Below, piece by piece: positions 19,682-29,837 of a stretch of 40,000 nucleotides of DNA. Origin of the DNA: Rhodobacterales bacterium 52_120_T64 (GTDB taxonomy: Bacteria; Pseudomonadota; Alphaproteobacteria; Rhodobacterales; Rhodobacteraceae); assembly GCA_002162875.1 (NCBI GenBank), contig MABA01000019.1:1506-41505 (forward strand), read 5' to 3'. Both the position numbers and the translations under genes were made by a program. Each line of letters begins with the position of its first letter. Position 1 is the stretch's first letter. The notes beneath the pieces are model-generated. The model saw only the letters and a list, made by a program, of their open reading frames with translations. It did no database searches and was not told the DNA's origin.

Positions 19682-22510
19682 ATGGCTGAGCTGAAAAATA
19701 TCGAGGTGCGCGGTGCGCGCGAGCATAACCTCAAGAATGTCGATATTGATATTCCACGTAATAAACTGGTGGTGATTACGGGACTGTCCGGTTCTGGAAA
19801 GTCGTCGTTGGCATTTGATACCATTTACGCGGAAGGACAACGGCGTTATGTCGAAAGCCTGTCAGCCTATGCGCGTCAATTCCTAGACATGATGCACAAG
19901 CCTGATGTGGATCACATTTCTGGCCTCTCGCCCGCGATATCGATCGAACAGAAGACGACGTCCAAAAACCCGCGCTCCACCGTTGGCACAGTTACCGAAA
20001 TTTACGACTACATGCGCCTGTTGTTCGCGCGTGTTGGCACGCCCTATTCGCCCGCCACCGGCTTACCTATCGAGGCGCAACAGATTTCCGACATGGTAGA
20101 TCGCGTAGCCTCGATGGAGGAGGGGACGCGTGCATATCTGCTGGCCCCTATCGTGCGTGACCGCAAAGGGGAATATCGCAAGGAATTCGCCGAACTGCGC
20201 AAGCAGGGTTTCCAGCGCGTTAAAGTTAACGGGGAATTTTTTGACCTTGAAGAGCCTCCGACGCTCGACAAAAAGTACCGCCACAATATCGATGTGGTTG
20301 TAGACCGTGTGGTGATTAAAGAAGATATGGAAGGGCGGTTGGCTGATAGTTTTCGCACGGCTTTGGACCTTGCCGATGGTATAGCGGTGCTGGAAATCGC
20401 GAATGAGGACGCCGAGCGCCACGTGTTTTCGGAAAAATACGCCTGCCCAGTTAGCGGTTTTACAATCCCCGAGATTGAACCGCGCCTGTTTTCCTTCAAC
20501 GCCCCTTTCGGGGCATGCCCCGATTGCGGCGGGCTTGGGGTTGAACTGTATTTCGACGAAAACCTGATCGTGCCCGATCGTAGCCTATCACTGCCAAATG
20601 GGGCGATTGCGAACTGGGCGAAATCAAAGTCGCCTTATTCGCGCCAAACGATTGAATCAATTTCCAACCATTACGGATTTGACCGCACGTTACCTTGGTC
20701 CAAACTACCCAAGGAAATTCATAACGTTATGCTGCGTGGCTCAGGTAAGGAGGAAATCAAGTTCCGATATGATGAAGGGGGGCGCGTTTACGAAATCTCC
20801 CGCCCGTTCGAAGGTGTTATCCCGAATATGGAGCGTCGCTATCGTGAAACCGACAGCAATTGGATACGCGAAGAATTCGAGCGCTATCAGAACAATCGCC
20901 ATTGCAAGGCTTGCGACGGATACCGTCTTCGTCCCGAAGCATTAGCGGTAAAGATCGCCGATTTGCATGTCGGTCAGGTAGTTCAGATGTCGATCAAGGA
21001 AGCTCTCGATTGGGCGCTGACGGTGCCGGACAAACTTTCGAAGCAGAAAAACGAAATCGCGCTGGCGATCCTTAAGGAAATACGCGAACGGTTGGGTTTT
21101 TTGGTAAACGTGGGGCTGGATTACCTAACGCTCTCACGCAATTCCGGCACGCTTTCGGGCGGTGAAAGCCAGCGAATTCGCCTCGCCAGCCAAATCGGTT
21201 CTGGTTTGACCGGTGTGCTTTATGTACTCGACGAGCCATCCATCGGGTTACACCAACGGGACAACGGGCGCTTGTTGGTGACGCTGAAAAATCTGCGGGA
21301 TCAAGGCAATACCGTTATCGTAGTAGAACACGACGAGGAGGCCATTCGCGAGGCGGATCATGTCATTGACATTGGCCCCGCCGCAGGAATTCACGGAGGC
21401 GAAATTATCGCCGAAGGAACGCCCAAGCAGGTTTGTGCAAATAAAAAATCTATTACAGGTCAGTATCTTACGGGCAAACGTAAGATCGATGTGCCGCTGG
21501 TGCGCCGTGAAGGAAACGGCAAAAAAATTGTCGTGACGGGTGCAACGGGCAACAATCTGAAGAACGTCACCGCGGAATATCCGTTGGGGACATTTACCTG
21601 TGTGACAGGCGTGTCCGGCGGTGGGAAATCGACGCTAACGATAGAGACGCTTTTCAAAACGGCCTCCATGCGATTGAACGGTGCGCGACAGGTTCCGGCC
21701 CCTTCGGAATCCATTAAGGGGTTGGAATATCTCGATAAAGTTATCGATATAAACCAGTCAGCTATCGGGCGCACACCGCGCTCAAATCCCGCAACCTACA
21801 CTGGCGCGTTTACGCCAATCCGCGAATGGTTTGCCGGCCTGCCGGAATCCAAAGCGCGTGGGTACAAACCCGGGCGATTCAGTTTCAACGTCAAAGGTGG
21901 GCGCTGCGAGGCGTGCAAAGGGGACGGCCTTATCAAGATCGAGATGCATTTTTTACCCGATGTTTACGTAGAATGTGAAAGTTGTGGTGGCAAAAGGTAT
22001 AACCGCGAAACCTTGGAAATACGTTTCAAAGGCAATAGCATAGCTGATGTTCTTGACATGAATGTCGAGGAAGCGGCGGACTTGTTTAAGGCTGTTCCAA
22101 GCATTCGGGACAAAATGACAACGCTGATGCGTGTCGGTCTTGGGTACATTAAGGTTGGCCAATCTGCCACCACCCTTTCGGGGGGGGAAGCACAACGGGT
22201 TAAGCTGTCAAAAGAATTGGCGAAACGGTCCACCGGGCGCACTTTGTACATTCTGGATGAGCCCACGACAGGCCTTCATTTCGAAGATGTAAAAAAACTG
22301 TTGGAAGTACTGCATGAACTGGTCGACCAGGGTAACTCGGTCATTGTGATCGAGCATAACCTCGATGTCGTGAAAACCGCCGACCACGTGATAGACATCG
22401 GGCCAGAAGGTGGAGACGGTGGTGGGCAGATCATCGCGACCGGATCACCGGAGGATGTTTCCAAAGTTAAAGCCAGTTACACAGGTCACTATCTCAAAGA
22501 AATGCTATAG
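19682..22510 (+). CDS. uvrA: Excinuclease ABC subunit A
   Basis: [51 protein letters not shown], two ABC modules ([24 protein letters not shown]) and zinc-finger Cys clusters. Length is 942 aa. Confidence 0.97.
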   Translation: MAELKNIEVRGAREHNLKNVDIDIPRNKLVVITGLSGSGKSSLAFDTIYAEGQRRYVESLSAYARQFLDMMHKPDVDHISGLSPAISIEQKTTSKNPRSTVGTVTEIYDYMRLLFARVGTPYSPATGLPIEAQQISDMVDRVASMEEGTRAYLLAPIVRDRKGEYRKEFAELRKQGFQRVKVNGEFFDLEEPPTLDKKYRHNIDVVVDRVVIKEDMEGRLADSFRTALDLADGIAVLEIANEDAERHVFSEKYACPVSGFTIPEIEPRLFSFNAPFGACPDCGGLGVELYFDENLIVPDRSLSLPNGAIANWAKSKSPYSRQTIESISNHYGFDRTLPWSKLPKEIHNVMLRGSGKEEIKFRYDEGGRVYEISRPFEGVIPNMERRYRETDSNWIREEFERYQNNRHCKACDGYRLRPEALAVKIADLHVGQVVQMSIKEALDWALTVPDKLSKQKNEIALAILKEIRERLGFLVNVGLDYLTLSRNSGTLSGGESQRIRLASQIGSGLTGVLYVLDEPSIGLHQRDNGRLLVTLKNLRDQGNTVIVVEHDEEAIREADHVIDIGPAAGIHGGEIIAEGTPKQVCANKKSITGQYLTGKRKIDVPLVRREGNGKKIVVTGATGNNLKNVTAEYPLGTFTCVTGVSGGGKSTLTIETLFKTASMRLNGARQVPAPSESIKGLEYLDKVIDINQSAIGRTPRSNPATYTGAFTPIREWFAGLPESKARGYKPGRFSFNVKGGRCEACKGDGLIKIEMHFLPDVYVECESCGGKRYNRETLEIRFKGNSIADVLDMNVEEAADLFKAVPSIRDKMTTLMRVGLGYIKVGQSATTLSGGEAQRVKLSKELAKRSTGRTLYILDEPTTGLHFEDVKKLLEVLHELVDQGNSVIVIEHNLDVVKTADHVIDIGPEGGDGGGQIIATGSPEDVSKVKASYTGHYLKEML

Positions 22511-22646
22511 TGCGGTTTTATTTGAAGTACGTGAATTCTGGCACGGTTTTTCCATTGTGAAAACACTGTTAATGCGCTGCGCACCTGCTAAAGGTATACG
22601 TAACCATTGGAAGCCGTCGCGAAAGCGGCAATTTTAACTAATATGG

Positions 22647-23561
22647 ATGCCAAATATGGGTAAACCAAAAATTGGACTGGCTCTCGGCAGCGGCGGCGCG
22701 CGTGGTTGGGCGCATATCGGTGTGCTTCGGGCATTGGAGGAACGCGGGGTCGTTCCGGATTGTGTCGCTGGTTGTTCTATGGGGGCTCTCGTGGGTGCGG
22801 CTTACGTTGGCGGCCGGCTCGACGCGTTGGAAGATTGGGCGTTATCTATTACGAACAGAAAAATAGCTACCTTGATAGATGTTAACCTGCTAAGCGGCGG
22901 TTTGATCGAGGCCAAAAACGTTGTTAAGTTTTTTGAAAAACTTGGCATACCGAAGCAAATCGAAGACCTGAGCATTCCATTTGCAGCAGTTGCCACGGAT
23001 ATGCGATCAGGGCGGGAAGTTTGGATGCGCGAAGGCTCGGTTATCGAGGCGATGCGTGCCTCGATTGCCTTACCTGGGATTATCAGTCCGGTGCTGCGCG
23101 ATAACCGTTGGTTGATCGACGGTGGAATTACGAACCCGCTTCCAGTTTCAGTGTGCCGTGCGATGGGGGCAGACATTGTGATTGCGGTTAATCCCGAAGC
23201 AAAGAAACACAGTGTGATGTGGACGCAGGAAAAAGAAGAGCCGAACGAGACATGGCAATCCATCAAGGCCTCGCTGCCGCTTGCCGTTCGCAGCGCATAT
23301 GAAGCGGTTTCGGCAGCGGCCAAGCCCCAACGGGTGCGCCCCCCGAACTATTTCGATGTTGTGGCGACATCCATCGATGTGATGATCACACAAATCCGCC
23401 GTAGCCGTCTGATAGGCGACCCGCCACATGTTTTATTGGACGTGAACCTCGACGATTTTACAATTCTTGAGTTTAACCGAGCAAAAGAAGCGATTGAAGA
23501 AGGTCGGGCTTGCGTAGGACGCGCTGATGAGGCGTTGAGCGATCTATCAAAATATGCCTGA
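22647..23561 (+). CDS. Patatin-like phospholipase family protein
   Basis: GLALGSGGARGWAHIGVL, the GCSMG nucleophile elbow and the DGG catalytic Asp motif (WLIDGGITNP). Confidence 0.85.
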   Translation: MPNMGKPKIGLALGSGGARGWAHIGVLRALEERGVVPDCVAGCSMGALVGAAYVGGRLDALEDWALSITNRKIATLIDVNLLSGGLIEAKNVVKFFEKLGIPKQIEDLSIPFAAVATDMRSGREVWMREGSVIEAMRASIALPGIISPVLRDNRWLIDGGITNPLPVSVCRAMGADIVIAVNPEAKKHSVMWTQEKEEPNETWQSIKASLPLAVRSAYEAVSAAAKPQRVRPPNYFDVVATSIDVMITQIRRSRLIGDPPHVLLDVNLDDFTILEFNRAKEAIEEGRACVGRADEALSDLSKYA

Positions 23562-23743
23562 TGGTGCTGAATTTTATCAGTAACGATAGAACAGCTACTA
23601 TTTCGAAAACTAACAACATATTCGTTAGGTTGGCCTTTGAGCAAATCTATTACCATGCTAATCCAAGACAACTTTTCGACAAATTGTTGCCACATTAAAA
23701 TTTTAGTACCGTTTAAGACGAAATTCAAATCAGAGGTATTTCA

Positions 23744-24205
23744 ATGACGCGGCAATCTTTTTTTCGATTTTGGGATAATGAATCCGGGGCTGTAACGGTT
23801 GATTGGGTTGTTCTTACCGCTGCGATCGTTGGAATCGCAATAACCGTAATCGCGTTGATTTCCGGTGGTGTTGAGAGTGCGTCCAGTGGGACTAGTGATC
23901 GCGTCATAAGCGCTAGTTTGTTTGGTGGCGGTGGCACCGTTTATGGAAGTGAAAGTGACTATTCTCCATGGGGACATTTGTACCCAGACAGTTATAATTC
24001 GGGCATGAGTACGGCTGACGTTTCTGATCTTGAAACGCTATACCTTGCCGCCTACGATGAGGCATTGAATTCTCCGGATCCAATGACGATAGACACTCTT
24101 GCCGGATATGAAGCTGCAATGGTTGAAAGGGGCGTAGACGTTCCAGACGGTAATTCTTCAGCTTCAGAATTGCAGGAAGATTCAGGATTTGGTTTACCTA
24201 CTTAG
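23744..24205 (+). CDS. Hypothetical protein with Flp/TadE-like N-terminal hydrophobic segment and acidic C-terminal region
   Basis: ESGAVTVDWVVLTAAIVGIAITVIALI resembles the Flp/TadE-type prepilin-like segment (G/xxxxEY-like as G-AVTVDW). The rest has no motif I recognise. Confidence 0.5.
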   Translation: MTRQSFFRFWDNESGAVTVDWVVLTAAIVGIAITVIALISGGVESASSGTSDRVISASLFGGGGTVYGSESDYSPWGHLYPDSYNSGMSTADVSDLETLYLAAYDEALNSPDPMTIDTLAGYEAAMVERGVDVPDGNSSASELQEDSGFGLPT

Positions 24206-24222
24206 GACAAGGTCGGTAAAAA

Positions 24223-24250
24223 AAGGGGAACGGCTGCGCCAGTTCTCCTT
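24223..24250. terminator. Hairpin between convergent genes (AAGGGGAAC ... GTTCTCCTT, 10-nt loop)
   Basis: A 9-bp stem with one G-U pair, read directly. It is followed by TGTTG. Confidence 0.45.
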
Positions 24251-24280
24251 TGTTGTCGATTATTGCGTAGTTAAATTGGT

Positions 24281-24613
24281 CTAGTTACTACCAAGTAATA
24301 TCTCGAAAGCTTCAAGCACCGTAAATGTGTCGTCTGCGATTTTCAAAACATCCCCGTCCACTAAATAGTACAACCAATTACCGTTCGGTCTATCCAAACC
24401 GTAATAGGCCAGATCCGTGATCAGATCATATTGGACGCCCCGCGGAAGAGCTTCTCCGACGGTGTAACGCTTGGCAAGTCCGGGTGGAAGGCAGCCGTTA
24501 TTTTTGGCTGCCAATCCCGGAGGGCAGGATTTTGGCTGGCTGTGGGCGACGGAACTGTTGATGCCGATTACGGCCACCGACAAAGTAACGACTGACAATA
24601 AGAATTTAAACAT
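24281..24613 (-). CDS. Small secreted hypothetical protein
   Basis: Signal peptide MFKFLLSVVTLSVAVIGINSSVAHS. ATG 24613 is preceded by GGAGG at 6 nt. The ORF track starts at TTG 24625. Confidence 0.55.
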   Translation of the reverse strand: MFKFLLSVVTLSVAVIGINSSVAHSQPKSCPPGLAAKNNGCLPPGLAKRYTVGEALPRGVQYDLITDLAYYGLDRPNGNWLYYLVDGDVLKIADDTFTVLEAFEILLGSN

Positions 24614-24713
24614 AAGTGCCTCCAATTTTCCGGAGATTATACCGCATCGAATCCCTATTGGCGGTTTTGTTTTTTTGCCAGCGAATTTTCGCCCATTCTA
24701 AAGTTCAAACGCC

Positions 24714-24739
24714 CCCCAACAACACGATGGAAGTTGGGG
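24714..24739 (-). terminator. Candidate terminator downstream of the valine-catabolism operon (CCCCAAC / GTTGGGG stem, 12-nt loop)
   Basis: Inverted repeat read directly, about 70 nt after the stop at 24810. On the minus strand it is followed by GGCGTTTGAACTTT. Confidence 0.3.
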
Positions 24740-24809
24740 AATGAATGTTAATCGTGAGCGGAAAGCACTCATGATTATTGGCTGATGGTCAGCCGCGCTC
24801 CCACTACTG

Positions 24810-26723
24810 TTACGCGTCGTACTTTTGATTGCTCAGGTGTGGCAACATCGCCGAGAAATCCATTCCCAGTCCGCCATCCTCCACAAACGCTGCATACATG
24901 TCGCGGGCATGTTGACCAAGCGGTGTAGATGCGTCGGCTGCCTCGGCTGCCTGCTGCGCAAGGTTGAGGTCTTTCAACATCAATTCGGCTGCGAACCCGG
25001 GTTTGTAATCATTGTCAGACGGGCTGGTCGGGCCGACGCCAGGGGCAGGGCAGTAGGCATTCATTGACCAGCTATAACCGGAAGAGGTTGATGCCACATC
25101 AAACATCTTTTGGCGGTCCAAGCCCAGTTTGTCAGCCAACGCGAAAGCCTCGCACGTCACAATCATAGTTGCACCCAAAATCATGTTGTTACAGATTTTG
25201 GCAGCTTGCCCGGCACCAGCATCCCCACAATGCACGGCTTTTTGGCCCATGATATCAAACAGCGGGTTAGCTACGGCAAATGCAGCTTCGCTACCGCCTG
25301 CCATAAAGGTCAAAGTGCCCGCTTCTGCGCCACCGATACCACCGGAAACAGGGGCGTCCACAGATAGCAAACCGGCAGCACGGGTTTGCTCGGCAACGGT
25401 GCGGGCGGACTCTACGTCCACGGTCGAGCAATCGACCAGACAAGCACCTGATTTCATTGCCGGAATGACTTCGCCTGCCACATTCCGCAAGATAGCCCCG
25501 TTTGGCAGCATGGTGATGACAACATCCGCCTCAGTGGCCGCATCTGCGGCTGTCTGAACTGTGTTGGCTCCCTCGACCGATATTCCGGCGACGTCAAAAA
25601 CCGAAACCGCATGCCCCGCCGCGACCAGATTTCGCGCCATTGGTGCGCCCATGTTTCCAAGTCCGATAAATCCGATTTTCATGTGGGTATCCTCCAGTTT
25701 AAGGTCGTTTTTGCCCAAAGGCATCAGCATTTTAGTAACGTCAATGTCACGCACATCGCGCAACGTCGGAATTTTCCATTTTGGGTTTCGATCTTTGTCG
25801 ACGATTGCTGCGCGGATGCCTTCGACAAAGTCTCCGTCCGAAGCGCTGCGGTAGGTGAAGCGGAATTCCTGCTTTAACGCAGGCTCGATGGAGGTAAATC
25901 CACGTACGCGGTGAACCAGTGCGATAGAAGCGGCGATTGAAAGGGGGCAGCCACGGCCAAGAGTTTTGGCGGCCGCCAGGCACCAATCGCTGTCATCGAA
26001 ACCGTTCAGGATGTCGTTTATTGTCTCGCCGCCAAACGCCTTGTCGATTTGCTCCTGCTGCGCTTCAAGCGCGCTGGCAGGGGGCGTTTGCGCCATTTCG
26101 TCAACTCGCGTGTAATCACCGGTTTCAACTAAACGTGCCGTTAGTTCCGCCCAATCTGTCTGCGGAATATAGTAGTCTGCAAAACCACAATAAATCGCGT
26201 CGCCCGCCTTCATTCGCGCGCCCGTAGTCCCAAGGTACTCTCCCAAGCGACCTGGAGCCTGCGCCAGCAACAAGGAGCCACCGACGTCTGGAACCAGACC
26301 AATCCCGCATTCCGGCATCGAAATCTGGCTGCTTTCGCACACGACTCGGTGCGACCCGTGGCACGAAACCCCAACGCCGCCACCCATGGTGAAACCGTGC
26401 ATCAGCGCGATACAGGGCTTGGGGAAATTGGCCAATTTGGCATTCATGCGGTATTCATCCCGCCAGAATTTGCGACCATATTCATAGTCACCCGCCGATG
26501 CCGTGTCATACAGTTGCTGAATGTCGCCGCCCGCACAAAACGCCTTGTCGCCGACGGCATCAATAAGGATCAGCGCAACGCGATCATCGTTCGCCCATGC
26601 ATCAAGCGCATCGTCGATCTTCAAGACCATGTCGTAGGTTAGGGCATTCAGCGCGTCTGGGCGATTGAGGGTAACTCGACCGATTTTTCCCTCAATGCGA
26701 ATATCAATTTCAGCCACGATCAC
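24810..26723 (-). CDS. mmsB: Bifunctional fusion: 3-hydroxyisobutyryl-CoA hydrolase (crotonase fold, aa 1-347) + 3-hydroxyisobutyrate dehydrogenase (aa 348-637)
   Basis: The N-terminal half has RPDALNALT, FCAGGDI, GFTMGGGVG and PECGIGLVPDVGGS, and is ECH_2/HIBCH-like at about 350 aa. The C-terminal half has MKIGFIGLGNMGAPMARNL plus the NAD-binding and 6PGD-like domain. There is no stop codon between the two halves. Confidence 0.85.
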   Translation of the reverse strand: MIVAEIDIRIEGKIGRVTLNRPDALNALTYDMVLKIDDALDAWANDDRVALILIDAVGDKAFCAGGDIQQLYDTASAGDYEYGRKFWRDEYRMNAKLANFPKPCIALMHGFTMGGGVGVSCHGSHRVVCESSQISMPECGIGLVPDVGGSLLLAQAPGRLGEYLGTTGARMKAGDAIYCGFADYYIPQTDWAELTARLVETGDYTRVDEMAQTPPASALEAQQEQIDKAFGGETINDILNGFDDSDWCLAAAKTLGRGCPLSIAASIALVHRVRGFTSIEPALKQEFRFTYRSASDGDFVEGIRAAIVDKDRNPKWKIPTLRDVRDIDVTKMLMPLGKNDLKLEDTHMKIGFIGLGNMGAPMARNLVAAGHAVSVFDVAGISVEGANTVQTAADAATEADVVITMLPNGAILRNVAGEVIPAMKSGACLVDCSTVDVESARTVAEQTRAAGLLSVDAPVSGGIGGAEAGTLTFMAGGSEAAFAVANPLFDIMGQKAVHCGDAGAGQAAKICNNMILGATMIVTCEAFALADKLGLDRQKMFDVASTSSGYSWSMNAYCPAPGVGPTSPSDNDYKPGFAAELMLKDLNLAQQAAEAADASTPLGQHARDMYAAFVEDGGLGMDFSAMLPHLSNQKYDA

Positions 26724-27861
26724 GCTCCTGTAGCAAAGTGCGGGCAGTGATCAGTCGCATGATCTCGTTTGTGCCCTCAAGGATTTGATGCACGCGCAGA
26801 TCGCGTACGATTTTCTCAACGCCATAGTCGGATAGGTATCCATACCCACCCAGCATTTGCAAAGAACCGTTGGCCACCTCAAACGCGGTATCCGTAACAA
26901 ACCGTTTTGCCATAGCGCAGAACTTGCTTGCATCCGGTGCGCCTGTATCTAGCTTCCACGCAGCTTGGCGCAGGAAGGTGCGGGCGGCTTGTAGCTCAAT
27001 CTCCATGTCCGCTACACGGAATTGTAACGCTTGAAACTGGTCGATTGTTTTGCCGAACGCTTTGCGCTCACCCATATAATCAAGTGCGATGTTCAAGGCG
27101 TTTTGCGCTCCACCAAGAGCCGAGGCCGAGATATTCAAGCGCCCGCCATCAAGCCCCGCCATCGCGTAATTGAAACCTTTGCCTTCTTCGCCAATCAGAT
27201 TGTCAGCAGGGATTTTACAATGGTCAAACTGAACCTGTGCTGTTGGTTGCGCTTTCCAGCCCATTTTCTTCTCTAATGCGCCGAAAGACAAGCCGCTCGC
27301 GCCAGCCTCGACTACGACCGAGGAAATTCCCTTTGGGCCGTCTTTACCGGTGCGCACCATTACTACGTAAGCGTCAGAATAACCGCCGCCCGAAATGAAA
27401 GCCTTGGTTCCGTTCAGGCTGTAGCCCTCATTGGTTTTGTCGGCTTTGGTTCGCAAGGCGGAGGCATCCGAACCGCTGCCCGGTTCCGTAAGTGCATAGG
27501 AAAACACTTTGTCCATCGTGCACAGGTCGGGCAGCCACTTGGCTTTGGCTTCCGCTGAACCGAATTTGTCGATCATCCCGCCACACATATTGTGGATGGA
27601 CAAGAAAGACCCGACAGCAGGGCAGGACATTGCGAGGGCCTCGAACACCAGCGTCGCATCAAGACGCGACAAGCCGGAACCGCCATGTTCTTCCGATACA
27701 TAAAGACCGCCGAACCCAAGCGCTGCTATCTCTGGCCAGAGGGATTTGGGGATAGTTCCGTCTTCCTCCCACTGTGCCGCGAATGGTGCGATTTTTTCTT
27801 GGCCGAAATCGTAGGCCATATCAAAAATCATCTGTTGTTCTTCGGAGAGTGCGAAATCCAT
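26710..27861 (-). CDS. Acyl-CoA dehydrogenase (isobutyryl-CoA dehydrogenase inferred from context)
   Basis: LTEPGSGSDA, the FISGG region and YGYLSDYGVEKIVRDLRVHQILEGTNEI (catalytic Glu region). It sits between mmsA and the hydrolase-mmsB fusion. Confidence 0.85.
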   Translation of the reverse strand: MDFALSEEQQMIFDMAYDFGQEKIAPFAAQWEEDGTIPKSLWPEIAALGFGGLYVSEEHGGSGLSRLDATLVFEALAMSCPAVGSFLSIHNMCGGMIDKFGSAEAKAKWLPDLCTMDKVFSYALTEPGSGSDASALRTKADKTNEGYSLNGTKAFISGGGYSDAYVVMVRTGKDGPKGISSVVVEAGASGLSFGALEKKMGWKAQPTAQVQFDHCKIPADNLIGEEGKGFNYAMAGLDGGRLNISASALGGAQNALNIALDYMGERKAFGKTIDQFQALQFRVADMEIELQAARTFLRQAAWKLDTGAPDASKFCAMAKRFVTDTAFEVANGSLQMLGGYGYLSDYGVEKIVRDLRVHQILEGTNEIMRLITARTLLQERDRG

Positions 27862-27865
27862 GCGA

Positions 27866-28114
27866 TTATCCTGCGGTTAGAGTTAGGATCAGATTGTAAA
27901 TGCCGATTGGCCCAAACAATACGGCCATAAGAGCAGCCATTTTCGTTGGTTGTTGCTTGAAGCGGCGAATACCCAGCGGGTCGGATAACAGCGAAAACTC
28001 TTTGCTTTGCCGTTGGTATTCGTAATCATTCTTCAGGAAACGGTTATTGAGCACCGCGAAGGCGATAAGTGATAGTATGAAAATTATCAAATTATAGCTC
28101 ATCCGGTTTTCCAC
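27866..28114 (-). CDS. Small 2-TM membrane protein, hypothetical
   Basis: Two hydrophobic helices (YNLIIFILSLIAFAVL and MAALMAVLFGPIGIYNLILTL). Its stop is 4 nt from the downstream ATG. It is AT-rich, and the start is GTG 28114 or ATG 28102. Confidence 0.4.
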   Translation of the reverse strand: MENRMSYNLIIFILSLIAFAVLNNRFLKNDYEYQRQSKEFSLLSDPLGIRRFKQQPTKMAALMAVLFGPIGIYNLILTLTAG

Positions 28115-28186
28115 ATAGAAATGAATGGTTGTTCAGTTAATATAGAAAACCTGAACAGATTTGGGAAGCGTTTAGTTATTATGCAA

Positions 28187-28209
28187 ACGCCCCGAACGGG
28201 TCGGGGCGT
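28187..28209 (-). terminator. Strong hairpin 26 nt after the mmsA stop (ACGCCCCGA ACGGG TCGGGGCGT), followed on the minus strand by TTTGCAT
   Basis: A perfect 9-bp GC-rich stem read directly. It could be an intra-operon attenuator or terminator. Confidence 0.55.
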
Positions 28210-28234
28210 GTACTATTATTTAAAGTGGTGTCTA

Positions 28235-29731
28235 TTACATTGTTGGAATAGAGAAGTCCGCACCTTCTTTAGTGCCCGACGGCCAACGCGACGTAACCGT
28301 TTTGGTGCGCGTGTAGAACTTGAATGCATCAGGACCGTGCTGGTTCAAATCGCCGAATGCCGATTTTTTCCAGCCGCCAAATGTGTGGTAAGCCAAAGGC
28401 ACAGGGATTGGCACGTTGATGCCGACCATGCCAACGTTGATACGGCTTGCGAAATCGCGCGCTGTATCGCCGTCACGAGTGAAAATCGCAGTACCGTTGC
28501 CGTATTCGTGGTCCATAGCGTGGCCGACGGCCTCTTCATATGTCTCGGCGCGAACAACAGACAAAACTGGTCCGAAAATTTCCTGCTTGTAGATTTCCAT
28601 GTCGGTCGTGACGTTATCAAACAGTGATGCACCAACGAAGAAACCATCCTCGTAGCCTTGCAGCGAGAACCCGCGACCGTCTACAGCCAGCGTCGCACCT
28701 TGTTCAATTCCGCTTTCAACCAGCGCATTGATTTTGTCTTTGGCCGCACCGGTGATAACCGGACCAAAGTCGACGTCATTGCCAGATGTGTAAGGACCGA
28801 TCTTCAGGCTTTCCACGCGTGGGGCGAGGGCTGCAACCAGACGATCCGCAGTACCTTCGCCAACAGGGACAGCAACCGAAATCGCCATGCAGCGTTCGCC
28901 AGCCGCGCCATAACCCGCGCCGATCAGCGCGTCTACAACGTTGTCCATGTCCGCATCCGGCATGATGATGGCGTGGTTTTTCGCGCCGCCAAAGCATTGA
29001 ACGCGTTTACCTTTTGCACAGCCACCAGCGTAGATGTATTCCGCGATAGGTGTAGAGCCAACGAAACCGATCGACTGGATCGTTTCGTGATCAATGATCG
29101 CATCCACGGCTTCTTTATCGCCGTTAACAACCTGTATGATGCCTTTTGGCAAGCCGGCCTCTTCGAACAATTCCGCAATCATGATGGGCACGGAGGGATC
29201 GCGCTCCGATGGTTTCAGGATGAAAGCGTTACCACAAGCAATCGCTGGGGCGCACATCCACAATGGGATCATGGCAGGGAAGTTGAAAGGCGTAATACCA
29301 GCCGTCACACCAAGCGCCTGTTTCATCGAATACATATCGATGCCCGGGCCAGCGCCGTCTGTGTACTGACCTTTCAGCAACTCAGGTGCGCCGATGCAGT
29401 ATTCCACTACTTCAAGGCCGCGAACAACGTCGCCAGCCGCGTCGGGCAATGTTTTGCCATGCTCGCGCGAAAGGGCTTCGGCCAGCTTGTCCATGTCACG
29501 GTTCAGCAAAGAAACCATCTTCATCATGACGCGCGCACGACGTTGCGGGTTAACAGCTGCCCAAGCAGGTTGTGCCGCCGCAGCAGCCTGAACCGCAATA
29601 TCCATTTCCGCAGCCGAGGCTAGTGGCGTCTTGGCAATAATTTCGCCAATCGCAGGATTATATACGTCTGCAAAACGGCCGGACGTGCCTTTGACGTGCT
29701 CGCCGTTGATGTAATGTGTTAATTCTTTCAT
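28235..29731 (-). CDS. mmsA: CoA-acylating methylmalonate-semialdehyde dehydrogenase
   Basis: Aldehyde dehydrogenase fold with FPAMIPLWM, LKPSERDP, the catalytic Cys in GAAGERCMAISV and the C-terminal HTFGGWKKSAFGD, which is typical of MmsA. Length is 498 aa. Confidence 0.92.
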   Translation of the reverse strand: MKELTHYINGEHVKGTSGRFADVYNPAIGEIIAKTPLASAAEMDIAVQAAAAAQPAWAAVNPQRRARVMMKMVSLLNRDMDKLAEALSREHGKTLPDAAGDVVRGLEVVEYCIGAPELLKGQYTDGAGPGIDMYSMKQALGVTAGITPFNFPAMIPLWMCAPAIACGNAFILKPSERDPSVPIMIAELFEEAGLPKGIIQVVNGDKEAVDAIIDHETIQSIGFVGSTPIAEYIYAGGCAKGKRVQCFGGAKNHAIIMPDADMDNVVDALIGAGYGAAGERCMAISVAVPVGEGTADRLVAALAPRVESLKIGPYTSGNDVDFGPVITGAAKDKINALVESGIEQGATLAVDGRGFSLQGYEDGFFVGASLFDNVTTDMEIYKQEIFGPVLSVVRAETYEEAVGHAMDHEYGNGTAIFTRDGDTARDFASRINVGMVGINVPIPVPLAYHTFGGWKKSAFGDLNQHGPDAFKFYTRTKTVTSRWPSGTKEGADFSIPTM

Positions 29732-29837
29732 GGTTTTCTCCCGTTGGAATCAATTCTGAAGATAACATACTCTTGCATTTTTGCAGCTCATAGGGGCAAT
29801 ATGATAAAAACATAGTGCAATTATGCAAAGGGTGGCG

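Noticed and set aside
28658-29623. 321-aa ORF on the plus strand
   Set aside because: It lies entirely antisense to the well-supported mmsA gene. The product is Arg/His/Asn-rich with no motif. It is a typical shadow ORF of a GC-rich gene.
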